NCBI GenBank assembly: GCA_965226885.1
Contig: CBDDEL010000009.1
Coordinates: 32,001 to 96,000 of the forward strand
Source of the DNA: Opitutales bacterium
Lineage (GTDB): Bacteria; Verrucomicrobiota; Verrucomicrobiia; Opitutales; UBA2987
Length of the DNA stretch: 64,000 nt
Reading direction: 5' to 3'
Positions 1 to 10,115 of the stretch are shown piece by piece. How positions within the stretch are numbered: the first letter of the stretch is position 1; the number at the start of each line of letters is the position of its first letter. The translations under genes were made by a program, and so were the position numbers. The notes beneath the pieces were generated by a model. That model did no database searches, had not been told where the DNA came from, and worked only from the letters and a program-made list of their open reading frames with translations.

Positions 1-14
1 TGCTGGTCATCGAC

Positions 15-1715
15 ATGCGGCTTTTGGGCATTGCCGTCCTGCTCTTTGCCGTGGTGGTGGTGGTTTCATCACTGATTTTTCTATTTATACCGAGGTTCCG
101 CCTGGATCAGGCAATACCCTTTTTTAATCTCAAGGGGAAAGCTCGATCAGGATTTACTGCCAGCATCGATTTCGGGGACGTGGCCGAAATTATCGAAGAT
201 GACAGCGTGGCCCTGCGGGTGGATTTACCGGATGAAGGAGTGGCGGAGGTGCCCATCAATCCTTATTGGCGAATGGTAGTCCTGGACGAATACTTCAACC
301 GCTCCTTCCGCATGTCTTATTCGGCCAAGCGTAAAAATCGCATCTATTCCGACCAGCAATTTTTTATGAAGGGCCCCCCGGGATCGAAGTGGGAGGAAAA
401 CAGCCCCAACAAATGGACTTTTTATCTAGAGGGCGGCATCAGCAAATTCCTGCCGGTTGTCGGGCCATTCTACTCAATTCGGTTTCAAACACGAAAAGAT
501 GTGGAATTCAACGAAATCCTCAACCTGGCGGGCACCACCAACATCAGCAGCAGCGTTCTTTTTTACCAGATCGGTCAGATGGAGCCGACCGATACCGTGC
601 CCGCCCATACGATATTGAGAGGGGACAAGCCCCTGGCGGAAATGGAAACCGTGTTTCTCGATCCGGAAAAAAGCAGCCAACCGAAAAAAATCACCTACCC
701 GCAGACCACCCTTGCCGTGCCCGGCGGTCTGGCCAACTTGGATATTCTCGAATCCACCGTAGCCGCCATAACCGGTAGCGAGAAACTGGATGCCCTCGAA
801 TTCAGCGCGCGGGCCGTGGATTACCTGCGCAGCCGTCACGGCTACACTTTAAACATATCCATCCCGCCCGGAAAAGCAGATGAGCTGGTGCGGTGGCTCG
901 GTTCAGCCGAGCCTGGGCATTGCGAGTTGTTCGCCGGCTCCTTTGCTCTCCTGGCTCGCCTGGCAGGAATTCCCACCCGCCTGGTGACGGGTTTCCGGGG
1001 AGGCTCCTGGAGCGGATTCGAAAATTACTATATGGTGCGTAATAGTGACGCTCATGCCTGGTGCGAGGTGTATGACGGCCAAGGCAACTGGTTGAGGGTC
1101 GATCCCACCCCCGGAGGAGGCCGCCTGGGCGACGCCCAATCCTCCTCCCTACAGGATCGTTTGATTGTCGATACCTCCTGGGGCGCCTATTTTGACAGCC
1201 TGCGTATCCTCTGGTACCGGCGCATCGTAAACTTCGACAAGGATCAGCTGGATGAGATGGCGAGCAAATTCAAGATGGCCGGAACCGAGACCATGAATAC
1301 ACTCAAACTTCTTTTTGATGATCGCCTGGACGCCATCAAATACTGGTTCGCCCAACCTTGGAGTGGGAGTCATTGGGTGCGGGCCGGGGTCATAGTCCTC
1401 ATAATGGCGGTAATCTATTTGCTGATTCGAAACCTTGGATGGTGGCTGCCCGTCATTTACCGTGAAGCCAAATTTTTCGGTATCGATCTAAAAAGCGACC
1501 CGATTCGCAAAAAGGCGGGCAAGCTGGTCGTTCGGTTTCGCGCCCATAATCAGGCTCAATCTGTTTCCCAAGCCGAGGAAATCTACCCCCGTGATTGGGA
1601 GCGTGTTTATGGGCATTTGCTTGCTCTACGTTTTGGAGACAGCCGCTTCCGCCCCCCTCACCGGCCGGTTTTCAAACAAGCCCGCAACCTCCTCAAACTC
1701 CCTCCCACTCTCTAG
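15..1715 (+). CDS. Transglutaminase-like membrane protein (TgpA/DUF3488 type), probably starts upstream of the window
   Basis: GHCELFA, DAHAWCEVY and WLRVDPTP give the Cys-His-Asp triad motifs; YWRMVVLD motif; hydrophobic segments at both ends. Confidence 0.85.
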   Translation: MRLLGIAVLLFAVVVVVSSLIFLFIPRFRLDQAIPFFNLKGKARSGFTASIDFGDVAEIIEDDSVALRVDLPDEGVAEVPINPYWRMVVLDEYFNRSFRMSYSAKRKNRIYSDQQFFMKGPPGSKWEENSPNKWTFYLEGGISKFLPVVGPFYSIRFQTRKDVEFNEILNLAGTTNISSSVLFYQIGQMEPTDTVPAHTILRGDKPLAEMETVFLDPEKSSQPKKITYPQTTLAVPGGLANLDILESTVAAITGSEKLDALEFSARAVDYLRSRHGYTLNISIPPGKADELVRWLGSAEPGHCELFAGSFALLARLAGIPTRLVTGFRGGSWSGFENYYMVRNSDAHAWCEVYDGQGNWLRVDPTPGGGRLGDAQSSSLQDRLIVDTSWGAYFDSLRILWYRRIVNFDKDQLDEMASKFKMAGTETMNTLKLLFDDRLDAIKYWFAQPWSGSHWVRAGVIVLIMAVIYLLIRNLGWWLPVIYREAKFFGIDLKSDPIRKKAGKLVVRFRAHNQAQSVSQAEEIYPRDWERVYGHLLALRFGDSRFRPPHRPVFKQARNLLKLPPTL

Positions 1716-1763
1716 AAACAGGAATCAGGCTTGGGTAGTATGCAAATTTTTCATGAAACCCGA

Positions 1764-3686
1764 TTACCTCGTGGCCAGGTTTCCCGTTGCGGGTTTGTTT
1801 TTTTGAAAATAGGCTTGGAGGACTTTATTGGCTACCGGGGCGGCATGGCTTCCGCCGCCGTAGAGGTATTTGGGATCGGTGCTCTCGACTACCGTGGCGA
1901 TGGCGATTTGGGGATCGTCGATGGGGGCATAGCAGATAAACCAGGCCATAGTTAATTTGACGCCGTCAACCTGGGTTTGGGCGGTCCCTGTTTTGCCCGC
2001 GATGCGGATGCCGGGGATATGTGCCAGGCGCGCGCTGCCAGTGAGCAAACCGCGGTCCCGGCCCGAAACGGCCATTTCCATGCCCCTGACAATTCCGTTA
2101 TAAAGTTCTTCCGTCAGGTCTATTTTCCCGCCGCCGTGCCGTATCCGGCGCGGGTCGATGGTCGGATCGAAGAGGAGGGTGGGGCGCGTTCGCGTTTCAC
2201 GCCTGGCAAAGGAGGCGGTGAAGGCGGCCATTTGCAGGGGGGTGACCAGAAGATAGCCCTGCCCGATGGCGATATTGGCAGTGTCGCCCGCCATCCAGGG
2301 GCCGTGCTGCCGAGTTTCTTTATACTTGGGGTTGGGCACAATCATGCGTTTGGTTTCATTGGGCAATTCGATTCCCGTTGGTTGATCGAGCCCGAACTGG
2401 CGGGCGGTTTTGTTGATTTGGTCTATGCCGGTGCGCAGCCCAATGCTTTGGAAATAAACATTGCAGCTTTTCATGATGGCCCTCGTGAAACCGATTTCTC
2501 CTCGATCCCGATGGTTGTTGCAGGGGAAGCTGCGATTGCCCACCCGCAACGAGCCCCAGCAGTCGAAAACAGTTTCCAGGTCAATGACGCCGCTGTTTAA
2601 GGCGGCAGTCGCCACCACGATCTTAAAACTGGAGCCTGGGGCATAAAGGCCGGCGATGGCGCGATTGAGCCAGGCTCCTTTTTCATTGATGCGGCGATAG
2701 ACTTGATTGGGAATGTAGGGGCTGAGGCTGTTGAGGTCGAAATCGGGTTTGCTGGCCAGGGCCAGGATTTCGCCGGTTTTGACATCGAGAGCCGCGAGGG
2801 CGCCTTTGTTTTTGCCCAGCGCTTCTTCGGCTGCCTGCTGCAAGTCGATATCGATGGTGATGGTGAGGTCGCTTCCTTTGGCGGGAAGTTTTTGCCGGGC
2901 TAGTTGGTATCGAAAACCCGAAGGGTCCACCACCCAGATTTCACCGCCACTGATGCCTTGTAAATGCTCGTCGAATTGCCTCTCCAAGCCCGTGCGCCCC
3001 GTTTTGCCCTTGAAAGTTATAGTGGTGAGGTCGTTGCCGGGCACTCCCTCCTCCGGAACTTCGAAGGTTGAGCCAACAAAACCCAGGGTATGAGCGGCGC
3101 TTGAGCCGTAGGGATAGTAACGGGCGCTTTCGGTGTGGATTTGAATTGGGGAATTTACCGGTATTTGCTCGATTAGCCGGGCGAATTCGCTTAACTCCAA
3201 ATCTTTGATCAGCGCCTTGGGCAGAAGCAGGTTTTGGCGAAAATGCCGCTCGACTTCGTCGCGGTCCACCTGGTCATTTCTGCCCAGGATATGGTTAACC
3301 CGGTCGAGGTATATTTGCACCACTGCGCTACGAGCTTCCACTTGCAGATCATGGCTGTCGATTTTAGCATTGCCTGGGCGGATTTCGCGGACCAACTCTA
3401 TGTATTTGCGGCGAAACTCGGGGCGGAGTTCGTTGAGGTAAACAACGGCGGAAAAACGAGGGCGGTTGCCGACCAGCAAACGACCATTGCGATCATAGAT
3501 ATTCCCGCGCGGGCCGGGCACCAGAATGCGCCGCAGATTCTGCTTTTTTTCCTGTTCGCGATAGACGGGCCACAGAATAACCTGCCGGTAGAAAAGCCCC
3601 CCCGAGAGAACCAAAAATAAAATGGCGAATATGAGGTAAAAGACCCGTAAACGCGGGTTGAAATTTTTATAGACCTCGAAAAGCAT
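1764..3686 (-). CDS. mrdA: Penicillin-binding protein 2
   Basis: N-terminal TM, RGNIYDRNG, PGSSFK (SxxK), SCN (SxN), KTGTAQ; directly downstream of mreBCD. Confidence 0.93.
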   Translation of the reverse strand: MLFEVYKNFNPRLRVFYLIFAILFLVLSGGLFYRQVILWPVYREQEKKQNLRRILVPGPRGNIYDRNGRLLVGNRPRFSAVVYLNELRPEFRRKYIELVREIRPGNAKIDSHDLQVEARSAVVQIYLDRVNHILGRNDQVDRDEVERHFRQNLLLPKALIKDLELSEFARLIEQIPVNSPIQIHTESARYYPYGSSAAHTLGFVGSTFEVPEEGVPGNDLTTITFKGKTGRTGLERQFDEHLQGISGGEIWVVDPSGFRYQLARQKLPAKGSDLTITIDIDLQQAAEEALGKNKGALAALDVKTGEILALASKPDFDLNSLSPYIPNQVYRRINEKGAWLNRAIAGLYAPGSSFKIVVATAALNSGVIDLETVFDCWGSLRVGNRSFPCNNHRDRGEIGFTRAIMKSCNVYFQSIGLRTGIDQINKTARQFGLDQPTGIELPNETKRMIVPNPKYKETRQHGPWMAGDTANIAIGQGYLLVTPLQMAAFTASFARRETRTRPTLLFDPTIDPRRIRHGGGKIDLTEELYNGIVRGMEMAVSGRDRGLLTGSARLAHIPGIRIAGKTGTAQTQVDGVKLTMAWFICYAPIDDPQIAIATVVESTDPKYLYGGGSHAAPVANKVLQAYFQKNKPATGNLATR

Positions 3687-3698
3687 TTTTTGCCTATT

Positions 3699-3772
3699 CT
3701 GGATTCAAGATGAAGGATGGTGGATGTTCACCCTATATATAGAGTATCTTGCATCCTGCATCTTGTATCCAG
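3699..3772. repeat. Inverted pair of GATGCAA/GATGAAG-like heptamer arrays forming an imperfect hairpin
   Basis: CTGGATTCAAGATGAAGGATGGTGGAT versus ATCTTGCATCCTGCATCTTGTATCCAG around CTATATATAG; related array at 7846-7898. Confidence 0.7.
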
Positions 3773-3787
3773 CAACTCTTTGTTGAT

Positions 3788-4315
3788 TTAAAATCGCCGC
3801 AATTCGGCCCCGACATCGATTTCCCACATGAGGAGGGTCTTTCTTTGGAGGTTCAACCACCAGCTGGCCAAAAGCGCCAGGGCTAGTTGCGAGAGGGCCA
3901 GATCGCATAAAAAGCGGAGCCAAAATGCCGATTGCATAAGCAGATCCTGGCCGGCTGTAAGTGATAGGCCCAGCATGATAAATAAATTGCACCACAGGGC
4001 CGCCAGTAATACATGGCGAGGGTTTTCACGACGAAACACCCGGCGCATTTTTTGGAGGAAAGCGAGAGTCCCAAAAATTAAAATGACATGAATCCCAAAG
4101 GGAACCGGGAGAGCGGCATCGACGAACAGCGCCGTGAGGAGGCCGATCAATAAAGCCTGGCCGGGCTTGAGGTAGAAAAATGCGAATAACAAAAAGAGGG
4201 CATCCAGGGAAATATGGAGAGAAAGAGGGGCCAAGGCCTCGTTGACCTGGTTGAGGACAAAATAAAGCAGGCCGTTGGCGAGCAGGATTATGAGGGTGCG
4301 TCTATCGTCGTTCAT
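3788..4315 (-). CDS. mreD: Rod shape-determining protein MreD
   Basis: 175 aa polytopic membrane protein between mreC and mrdA, ATGA overlap with mreC. Confidence 0.8.
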   Translation of the reverse strand: MNDDRRTLIILLANGLLYFVLNQVNEALAPLSLHISLDALFLLFAFFYLKPGQALLIGLLTALFVDAALPVPFGIHVILIFGTLAFLQKMRRVFRRENPRHVLLAALWCNLFIMLGLSLTAGQDLLMQSAFWLRFLCDLALSQLALALLASWWLNLQRKTLLMWEIDVGAELRRF

Positions 4316-5151
4316 CGATTGTCAGCGGAATTTATTGGCACAAGAACGGCGACTTCCTTGAGGCTGTGGAGTTCTTTATTGAGTCGGGGCCGGCCGCTTT
4401 GGAAAAGTCCGTCGGGGCTTGTCGTGAGCCGATTCACCCAGCCGATGGTGAGACCATCGGGAAAGACGCCGCCCAGCCGAGAGGAGGCCAGTCTGCGTGG
4501 GGCGGATGCGGTCAGCACCACATCGGGGGGCACATTCATGACTTTGCCTCTTGGGCTGGTGAATGGAAGGTTGATCGCTCCCTGGTAGGTGACCGGTCTT
4601 TCATCGTTGTCGAATTGAGCAGCCATGCGAAAGTTTGGGCTGGTGACTAACTCAACGACTGACGTATAGGCGCGCACCTCGCGTACCCTGCCCGCTACGC
4701 CGCCGGAGAATACCACGGCAGCCCCATCGGGAATTCCGTGCCATCTGCCTTTCTGGATGATCATCTGCTGCCACCAGGTGCTTTGATCCCTGCGCACCAC
4801 GCGGGCAATCTTGTGCTCAAACAGGGGAACGGGAGGAAGAGCGAGAATTTTTTCCACCCGTGACAACTCTTGGCGAAGGGAATCGATTTCCTGGAGCTTC
4901 AACTCATAGGCGGAGTTAAGGCGCGCCAAGTCGCGGCCCGCGTCATAGAGTTCCGTTTTGGAATGAGCCTTAAGAGCCCAGGTATCGCTAAAATTTTTAA
5001 ATCCCGCTGCCGTCAGCCATAGCGGGGCCTGGAATTCATAAAATCCGGCCCGGGCAAAGGATTTGAAAACGGTCGGTAAAAGCAGCCAGACCAGTGCAAT
5101 GCCCAGCAAATATACTATCGGTTTGGCCGCTTGAGGAATATATCTGGCCAA
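4312..5151 (-). CDS. mreC: Rod shape-determining protein MreC
   Basis: TM helix, coiled coil, GVAGRV and SRLGGVFPDGLTIG motifs; follows mreB. Confidence 0.92.
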   Translation of the reverse strand: MARYIPQAAKPIVYLLGIALVWLLLPTVFKSFARAGFYEFQAPLWLTAAGFKNFSDTWALKAHSKTELYDAGRDLARLNSAYELKLQEIDSLRQELSRVEKILALPPVPLFEHKIARVVRRDQSTWWQQMIIQKGRWHGIPDGAAVVFSGGVAGRVREVRAYTSVVELVTSPNFRMAAQFDNDERPVTYQGAINLPFTSPRGKVMNVPPDVVLTASAPRRLASSRLGGVFPDGLTIGWVNRLTTSPDGLFQSGRPRLNKELHSLKEVAVLVPINSADNR

Positions 5152-5173
5152 TGTTCGGGAGTGGGTTTAGAGA

Positions 5174-6202
5174 TCAATAGGTCCGGGCGGTCCGGGCTCT
5201 GGTATCATCAAGGTTTTGAATGACAATACCGGTGCCGTTGGCCACAGCGCTCAGAGGATCTTCGCCAACCATGACCGGCAAGCCGGTGGCGTCGCTCAAC
5301 AATTTATCCAGGCCACGGATGAGGGAACCGCCCCCGGCGAGGAAAAAACCACGGTCCACGAGGTCGGCAGAGAGTTCGGGGGGACAGCGTTCGAGGGCGT
5401 TGCGGACCAATTCTATCATCGCGTTGAAGGTGTCGACGAGGGCTTCGCGAATTTCCTGGGAGGAGATTTGCAGGGTTTTGGGTAAGCCTGCGGATGAATC
5501 GCGGCCCTTGATTTCCAGCGTTAATTCCTCATCCAGAGGAGTTGCCGAACCGATGCGAATTTTGATTTCCTCCGCCATACGCTCCCCGATGACCAGGTTG
5601 TAGGCTCTTTTCACGTAATTTATGATGGCCGTGTCCATCTCGTCACCGCCGACCCGGACGCTCTTGGTGTAAACGACATCGGAATAGGAAATGATGGCCA
5701 CTTCGGTCGTGCCACCGCCAATGTCCACAATCATATTGGCGGTCGGTTCTTCTATCGGGAGCCTAAGGCCGATGGCAGCTGCCATGGGTTCCTGTAGTAG
5801 CATGACCTCTCTGGCGCCTGCATGGGTGGCGGATTCCTTGACCGCGCGGCGTTCCACCTCGGTAATGCCCGAGGGCACGGCGACCACCACGCGGGGCCCG
5901 GCAAAATTGCGGTGCTTGTTGGCTTGCTTGATAAAATGCCGGAGCATGGCCTCGGTGATCTCAAAATCGGCGATGACCCCATCCTTCATGGGGCGAAGAG
6001 CAGTAATGCTGCCTGGGGTGCGCCCCAGCATGCGTTTGGCATGTTCCCCCACGGCCACCACCTTGCGGGTGGTATTGTTGATCGCGACGACGCTTGGCTC
6101 CCGCAAAACTATGCCCCTGTCCTTGACAAAAACAAGGGTATTGGCGGTTCCCAGGTCGATTCCAATATCGTTAGAAAATAAATTGAATAATTTGCCAAAC
6201 AT
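5174..6202 (-). CDS. mreB: Rod shape-determining protein MreB
   Basis: DLGTANT, EPSVVA, DIGGGTTEVA, LAGGGSL actin-fold motifs. Confidence 0.98.
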   Translation of the reverse strand: MFGKLFNLFSNDIGIDLGTANTLVFVKDRGIVLREPSVVAINNTTRKVVAVGEHAKRMLGRTPGSITALRPMKDGVIADFEITEAMLRHFIKQANKHRNFAGPRVVVAVPSGITEVERRAVKESATHAGAREVMLLQEPMAAAIGLRLPIEEPTANMIVDIGGGTTEVAIISYSDVVYTKSVRVGGDEMDTAIINYVKRAYNLVIGERMAEEIKIRIGSATPLDEELTLEIKGRDSSAGLPKTLQISSQEIREALVDTFNAMIELVRNALERCPPELSADLVDRGFFLAGGGSLIRGLDKLLSDATGLPVMVGEDPLSAVANGTGIVIQNLDDTRARTARTY

Positions 6203-6321
6203 GCTTGGTTGGTGCTTTTTGAACCGGCTTTGCAGTACTTTTCGGTGTAAATCCTCCTGTTGTCAAAAGAATTTCAATTTTTGGCACTTAAAATTTTACG
6301 GCGTTGGCCAAAGGTCTGTTT

Positions 6322-7215
6322 CTAGGAACTATTTTGTTCTTCCTTAGACCGATATCCTGGCTCATTTTTTCTGGTCTGTCTCTCAGCCAGAATCACAGCC
6401 AGGACCATGAGGCCGCCGCCCGCCAGGAGGCGCGCCAAGTCCGTTTTTTCCCCGAAGATAAAGAGGGAGGCCAATACGGCGAGGGGTATTTTAATGTTGT
6501 TGAATACGGCTAGCGTGCCGGGATTAGTTTCCAGGGCGCCTTTGTTCCAGAGGAAAAAACCCAAACCGGAGGCCAGAAATCCAAGGTAAAGCAGGACAAG
6601 GACCTGCACCCAGGTCAGGTCCATGATATTATGCCAGCCCTGGGTGGCGGTGGTCGTGACCGAGGTTACTATAACCGCGCCCAGATAGAGCAAGGCGTAT
6701 ATTTCCCGGTCCCGCAGATTCTGGTATTGACGGCGAATCCTCCGGTATTCGATCTGGCCGAACGCAAAACACACATTGGAGGCCTGCATGAGGAGAAAGC
6801 CCATCAATATGCCCTGGTATGAGACGGTCTGATAGCGAATCAACCCCGCTCCGATTACGGCCAGCAGAGCCATAGCAAGGTAAAATACTTGCAGTCGGCG
6901 GGCATAAATATCGTTGATGAGCGTCACATAAATGGGAGTAAAAATGGTAAAAAGAGCTACCTGATAAGCCTCCAGGAACCGAAAAGCGTAAAGGTATGCG
7001 CTGTACATGAGGCCAAATTGCACCGCGCCGATGCCGATCAGGCGCATAGTCAGCATCGGGGTCAGCATTTTATGGCGCAAAAAAGGCAGAAACAATGGAA
7101 AGGCCAGGAACATTCGTGACCAGGCCACAAAATTGGGATCGATTCCTTCCAGGTTATGTTTGATCAAACCGAAAGATAATGACCAAATGACGGAAACTAT
7201 GAGCAAACAGACCAC
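6322..7215 (-). CDS. EamA/DMT family transporter (YigM-like)
   Basis: About 10 TM segments, WSLSFGLI start, FTIFTPIYV, SGLGFFLWNKGA. Confidence 0.85.
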   Translation of the reverse strand: MVCLLIVSVIWSLSFGLIKHNLEGIDPNFVAWSRMFLAFPLFLPFLRHKMLTPMLTMRLIGIGAVQFGLMYSAYLYAFRFLEAYQVALFTIFTPIYVTLINDIYARRLQVFYLAMALLAVIGAGLIRYQTVSYQGILMGFLLMQASNVCFAFGQIEYRRIRRQYQNLRDREIYALLYLGAVIVTSVTTTATQGWHNIMDLTWVQVLVLLYLGFLASGLGFFLWNKGALETNPGTLAVFNNIKIPLAVLASLFIFGEKTDLARLLAGGGLMVLAVILAERQTRKNEPGYRSKEEQNSS

Positions 7216-7291
7216 GCGGAAGCCATCCTAGGTGGAAATATCCAGAAAATAAATTAAAAAATTCAACCAGCCGACTTGAAGCTGAAGAGGC

Positions 7292-7819
7292 CTAGGAAAG
7301 CGATTTTGCATAACGGACAATTACATCGACAAGCTCTTCGATGCGCTTGCTTACCTCTGTGTCAACCAGGCGCCCGTTTTCGAAAGAGGGGCCCATCGCG
7401 AAAACGAATCGAGGAACAATCAGACAGCGGTAATCGAGCATCAGGCTATTGGCAAAGGCCATTATAGACATGTAGCTGCCTTGCCCTCCAGCAGCGCAAA
7501 TGAAACCGACCACTTTATCCGTCCATCCCTGCCCCGTCAGTTCCAAAAAGTTTTTGGCGGTGGAGTTGACATCGAAATTGTAGATGGGTGTGGCCATTAG
7601 AATACAGTCGGCATCTGCCACCATGGCCGCCGCCTTGATGGTATTGGGGTGACCATAACAGGTTTTTCCATCGCAAGGCGGCAGTTCCAGTTTGGTCAAA
7701 TCCAGTAATTCACCACCACCATGTGCGCCCGAACTTTGCAGGTGAGTGAATGCATGCCGCGCCAAAATGGCACTTCGGCTTTGCGGATTGAGGCTAGTGC
7801 TGACAATCAATAGGCTCAT
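7292..7819 (-). CDS. NADPH-dependent FMN reductase
   Basis: STSLNPQSRS, ATPIYN, KNFLE, AAGGQGS; start placed at MSLLIVS. Confidence 0.88.
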   Translation of the reverse strand: MSLLIVSTSLNPQSRSAILARHAFTHLQSSGAHGGGELLDLTKLELPPCDGKTCYGHPNTIKAAAMVADADCILMATPIYNFDVNSTAKNFLELTGQGWTDKVVGFICAAGGQGSYMSIMAFANSLMLDYRCLIVPRFVFAMGPSFENGRLVDTEVSKRIEELVDVIVRYAKSLS

Positions 7820-7845
7820 AATGATAGATGCGGAATACGAAAAAT

Positions 7846-7898
7846 GATGCAAGAACCAGGATACAAGATGAAGGATGCTGGATGCAAGATAATGGATG
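7846..7898. repeat. Degenerate heptamer tandem array (GATGCAA/GATACAA/GATGAAG/GATGCTG)
   Basis: GATGCAA GAACCAG GATACAA GATGAAG GATGCTG GATGCAA GATAATG read directly. Confidence 0.7.
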
Positions 7899-7932
7899 TT
7901 GGTTTCAGGACTCGAATATTCCTGTTACTTTT

Positions 7933-8052
7933 TCATAGTTTGGCCAAGATTAGCTCGATACCGAAATAAATCAGGGCCAATCCCATCAAACGTGTGGCCC
8001 ATAATTGAAACCGCGCGAGGGTACCGCTCATTTTGGGGTGAGTGGCTATATA
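7933..8052 (-). pseudogene. 3' remnant of a LysE-like translocator gene cut by the IS5-like element
   Basis: Manual translation YIATHPKMSGTLARFQLWATRLMGLALIYFGIELILAKL-stop resembles LysE C-termini; no 5' part in the window. Confidence 0.5.
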
Positions 8053-9886
8053 GAGGCTGTCCCAAAAGGGTGATTTTTGCGAGGGCTTTTGATAGGCGCT
8101 CATTTTAGAGGTATTTGCATTTGGGAGAGTATCAACTTTGCTCTCCTATGACGTTAGGATACTGGTTTTGGGGTCCGGTTGCCTGGTTTTCTTTGTATGA
8201 GCCGACAGTACGGCTGTGAAAAAGTATTGTCCTTGCTTTTCCGCTCTCTAGGCCGCCCCGCTCTCTAGGCCGCCGCTTTGGTTTTTAGTTCGTCTTGCTG
8301 GGCCAGCATCTTGGCTACTTTCCATAGGTTGTGCGAGAGTACCGACCAGGCTACGCTGATCGAGCGGTTGGCAAAGCCTTTGCTGCGCAACCGCCCGGCC
8401 TGCCAGCGATTCTTCAATACCCCGATCCGCCCTTCGGTGCTGGCCCGGCGCTTTTGCAATTGTCTGAACAGTGGTTCCTCCATCCGTTTTTTCAACTGCT
8501 TCGGATCGCGTGGACAGAGCGCGTCGTAGATTCCCTCCTGGGCTAACTGCCGGCGGGCCCGCTGGGAGGCAAATCCCCGGTCCGCGCACATGGCCGCTAT
8601 GGGTTCTTCCAGGTTGAAGCGGTTCTGTCTTTGCAAACTCTCTTGCATTTGTTCATTTTCGCTTGGAGTTCGGCTGCCGTAGAGTTTCCAGTCCAGCAGG
8701 TACCCTTCAACGCTTTCTCCCAAAAACAGGGTGTTGCCGAACTCGACCTCTTGGCCCGCTTTACCTCGCACAATCACCTGCCCATCGAGTTCGTAAACAC
8801 TCAAGACTTTCTCTGCGTTTTTCACCTGGCGGCCGCCAATGATCCGCTCGTGCGCCTGTTTGATGACCACCGGGATTTGCTCGCTCATGCGCTCCATCCG
8901 GGCGAGGATCTGTTGGACCTGTTTTTCGCTGTAATCGCTTTGCTCCCAGCAGGCTTGCAATAATTCCCGGTGACTGCGGGCATGCTCCCCGATCCGTTTG
9001 AGCAGCTTTTTCATCTGCCTCAAGATACCCTTGCGCTGCCGCGCGCTGTCCTTTCGCCGCCGGCTGTGGGTCATCTGTATGCACAGCCGATTCATCTGCC
9101 GAGCCAAGGGCTCCGGTTCGATCGGCATGCGATGGCGCAAACCGGCCTTCTCGCGGATCAGCCGGATCGCTTTGAGCAACGTGCCGGCTACATCCTTGAG
9201 TAATACCCAGTCCGTCGGCCAATGAATGTTAGCCTCCAAACAGGTGCCGTCGATCAGGCAAATGGTGGTGTCAATCGGCTTGTCCAATCCCACCTGCCGG
9301 GCCAGAAGGGCATCGCCCACCACCTCAGTCAAGGTCCGGTGCAAGGCCCTCAACTGCTCTTCGCTGAAAAACTTCGAGGCCCGCTCCAGGGTGCTTTTGG
9401 AGATGCCCCTGATGCCATCGATCTGCCGGACACGGCAAAAGTCGGCCAACAGATCGCTGCTGCCCAGAGCCCGCGACAAATGCCGAAACGAAATCCCTCC
9501 GAGCAGACGGCCCAGCGTATCCATGCGCAGTGCCTTGATGGCAAAACTGGCCCGCTGCCGCCGGGCCTTTAGACCCATTGGCGGCCACCCCTCCAAGGCC
9601 AGCTCAATGGCCTGCGATTCCACCTCCGAGTCGATCAGCAGCCGATCGATTCGATCAATGGTGGCGCGGAAGTTATCGTAATCGAGGCACCGGTCGACCA
9701 CAGTTAAAGCTGGACGCAGGAGGCATTGGATGGCTATATTTTTCATAGAAAGGGCTATATTGATTTTCGCTAACTCAATTATAGAACCCTTTTTTGGCCG
9801 GATCGAGCAAAAACTTGCTCTTTCCGGCTCTTTTTATCAACGTCATCCAGTTGACTATAAAATCTTTATATTTTTGGGACAGCCTC
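8053..9886 (-). mobile_element. IS5-like/ISNCY insertion sequence, copy 1
   Basis: IRs GAGGCTGTCCCAAAA / TTTTGGGACAGCCTC, flanked by TATATA; near-identical to 59878-62828. Confidence 0.92.
8265..9746 (-). CDS. DDE transposase (IS5-like/ISNCY), 493 aa
   Basis: DGTCLEANIHWPTD, GKAGQEVEFG, ADRGF, RASTEGRIG motifs. Confidence 0.9.
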   Translation of the reverse strand: MKNIAIQCLLRPALTVVDRCLDYDNFRATIDRIDRLLIDSEVESQAIELALEGWPPMGLKARRQRASFAIKALRMDTLGRLLGGISFRHLSRALGSSDLLADFCRVRQIDGIRGISKSTLERASKFFSEEQLRALHRTLTEVVGDALLARQVGLDKPIDTTICLIDGTCLEANIHWPTDWVLLKDVAGTLLKAIRLIREKAGLRHRMPIEPEPLARQMNRLCIQMTHSRRRKDSARQRKGILRQMKKLLKRIGEHARSHRELLQACWEQSDYSEKQVQQILARMERMSEQIPVVIKQAHERIIGGRQVKNAEKVLSVYELDGQVIVRGKAGQEVEFGNTLFLGESVEGYLLDWKLYGSRTPSENEQMQESLQRQNRFNLEEPIAAMCADRGFASQRARRQLAQEGIYDALCPRDPKQLKKRMEEPLFRQLQKRRASTEGRIGVLKNRWQAGRLRSKGFANRSISVAWSVLSHNLWKVAKMLAQQDELKTKAAA

Positions 9887-10115
9887 TATATAGTCAACTA
9901 ATTGTTCGCCATTATCGTCGAATAAAAATCCATATTGATACTCCCATTGTACGTGCTTTCTTTTTTTGATTAACGATAGATACTTTTTTAAGTCATCATC
10001 TTCCTTCATTCCGATGAACTCTCTTAAGTCTTTTCTTTTTTTCATGTAGATAAATTGAGACACTACTTTGTCCCATTGATGTGCACTGGAAAAAGTGGAC
10101 ACGAGATTCTCCTAA

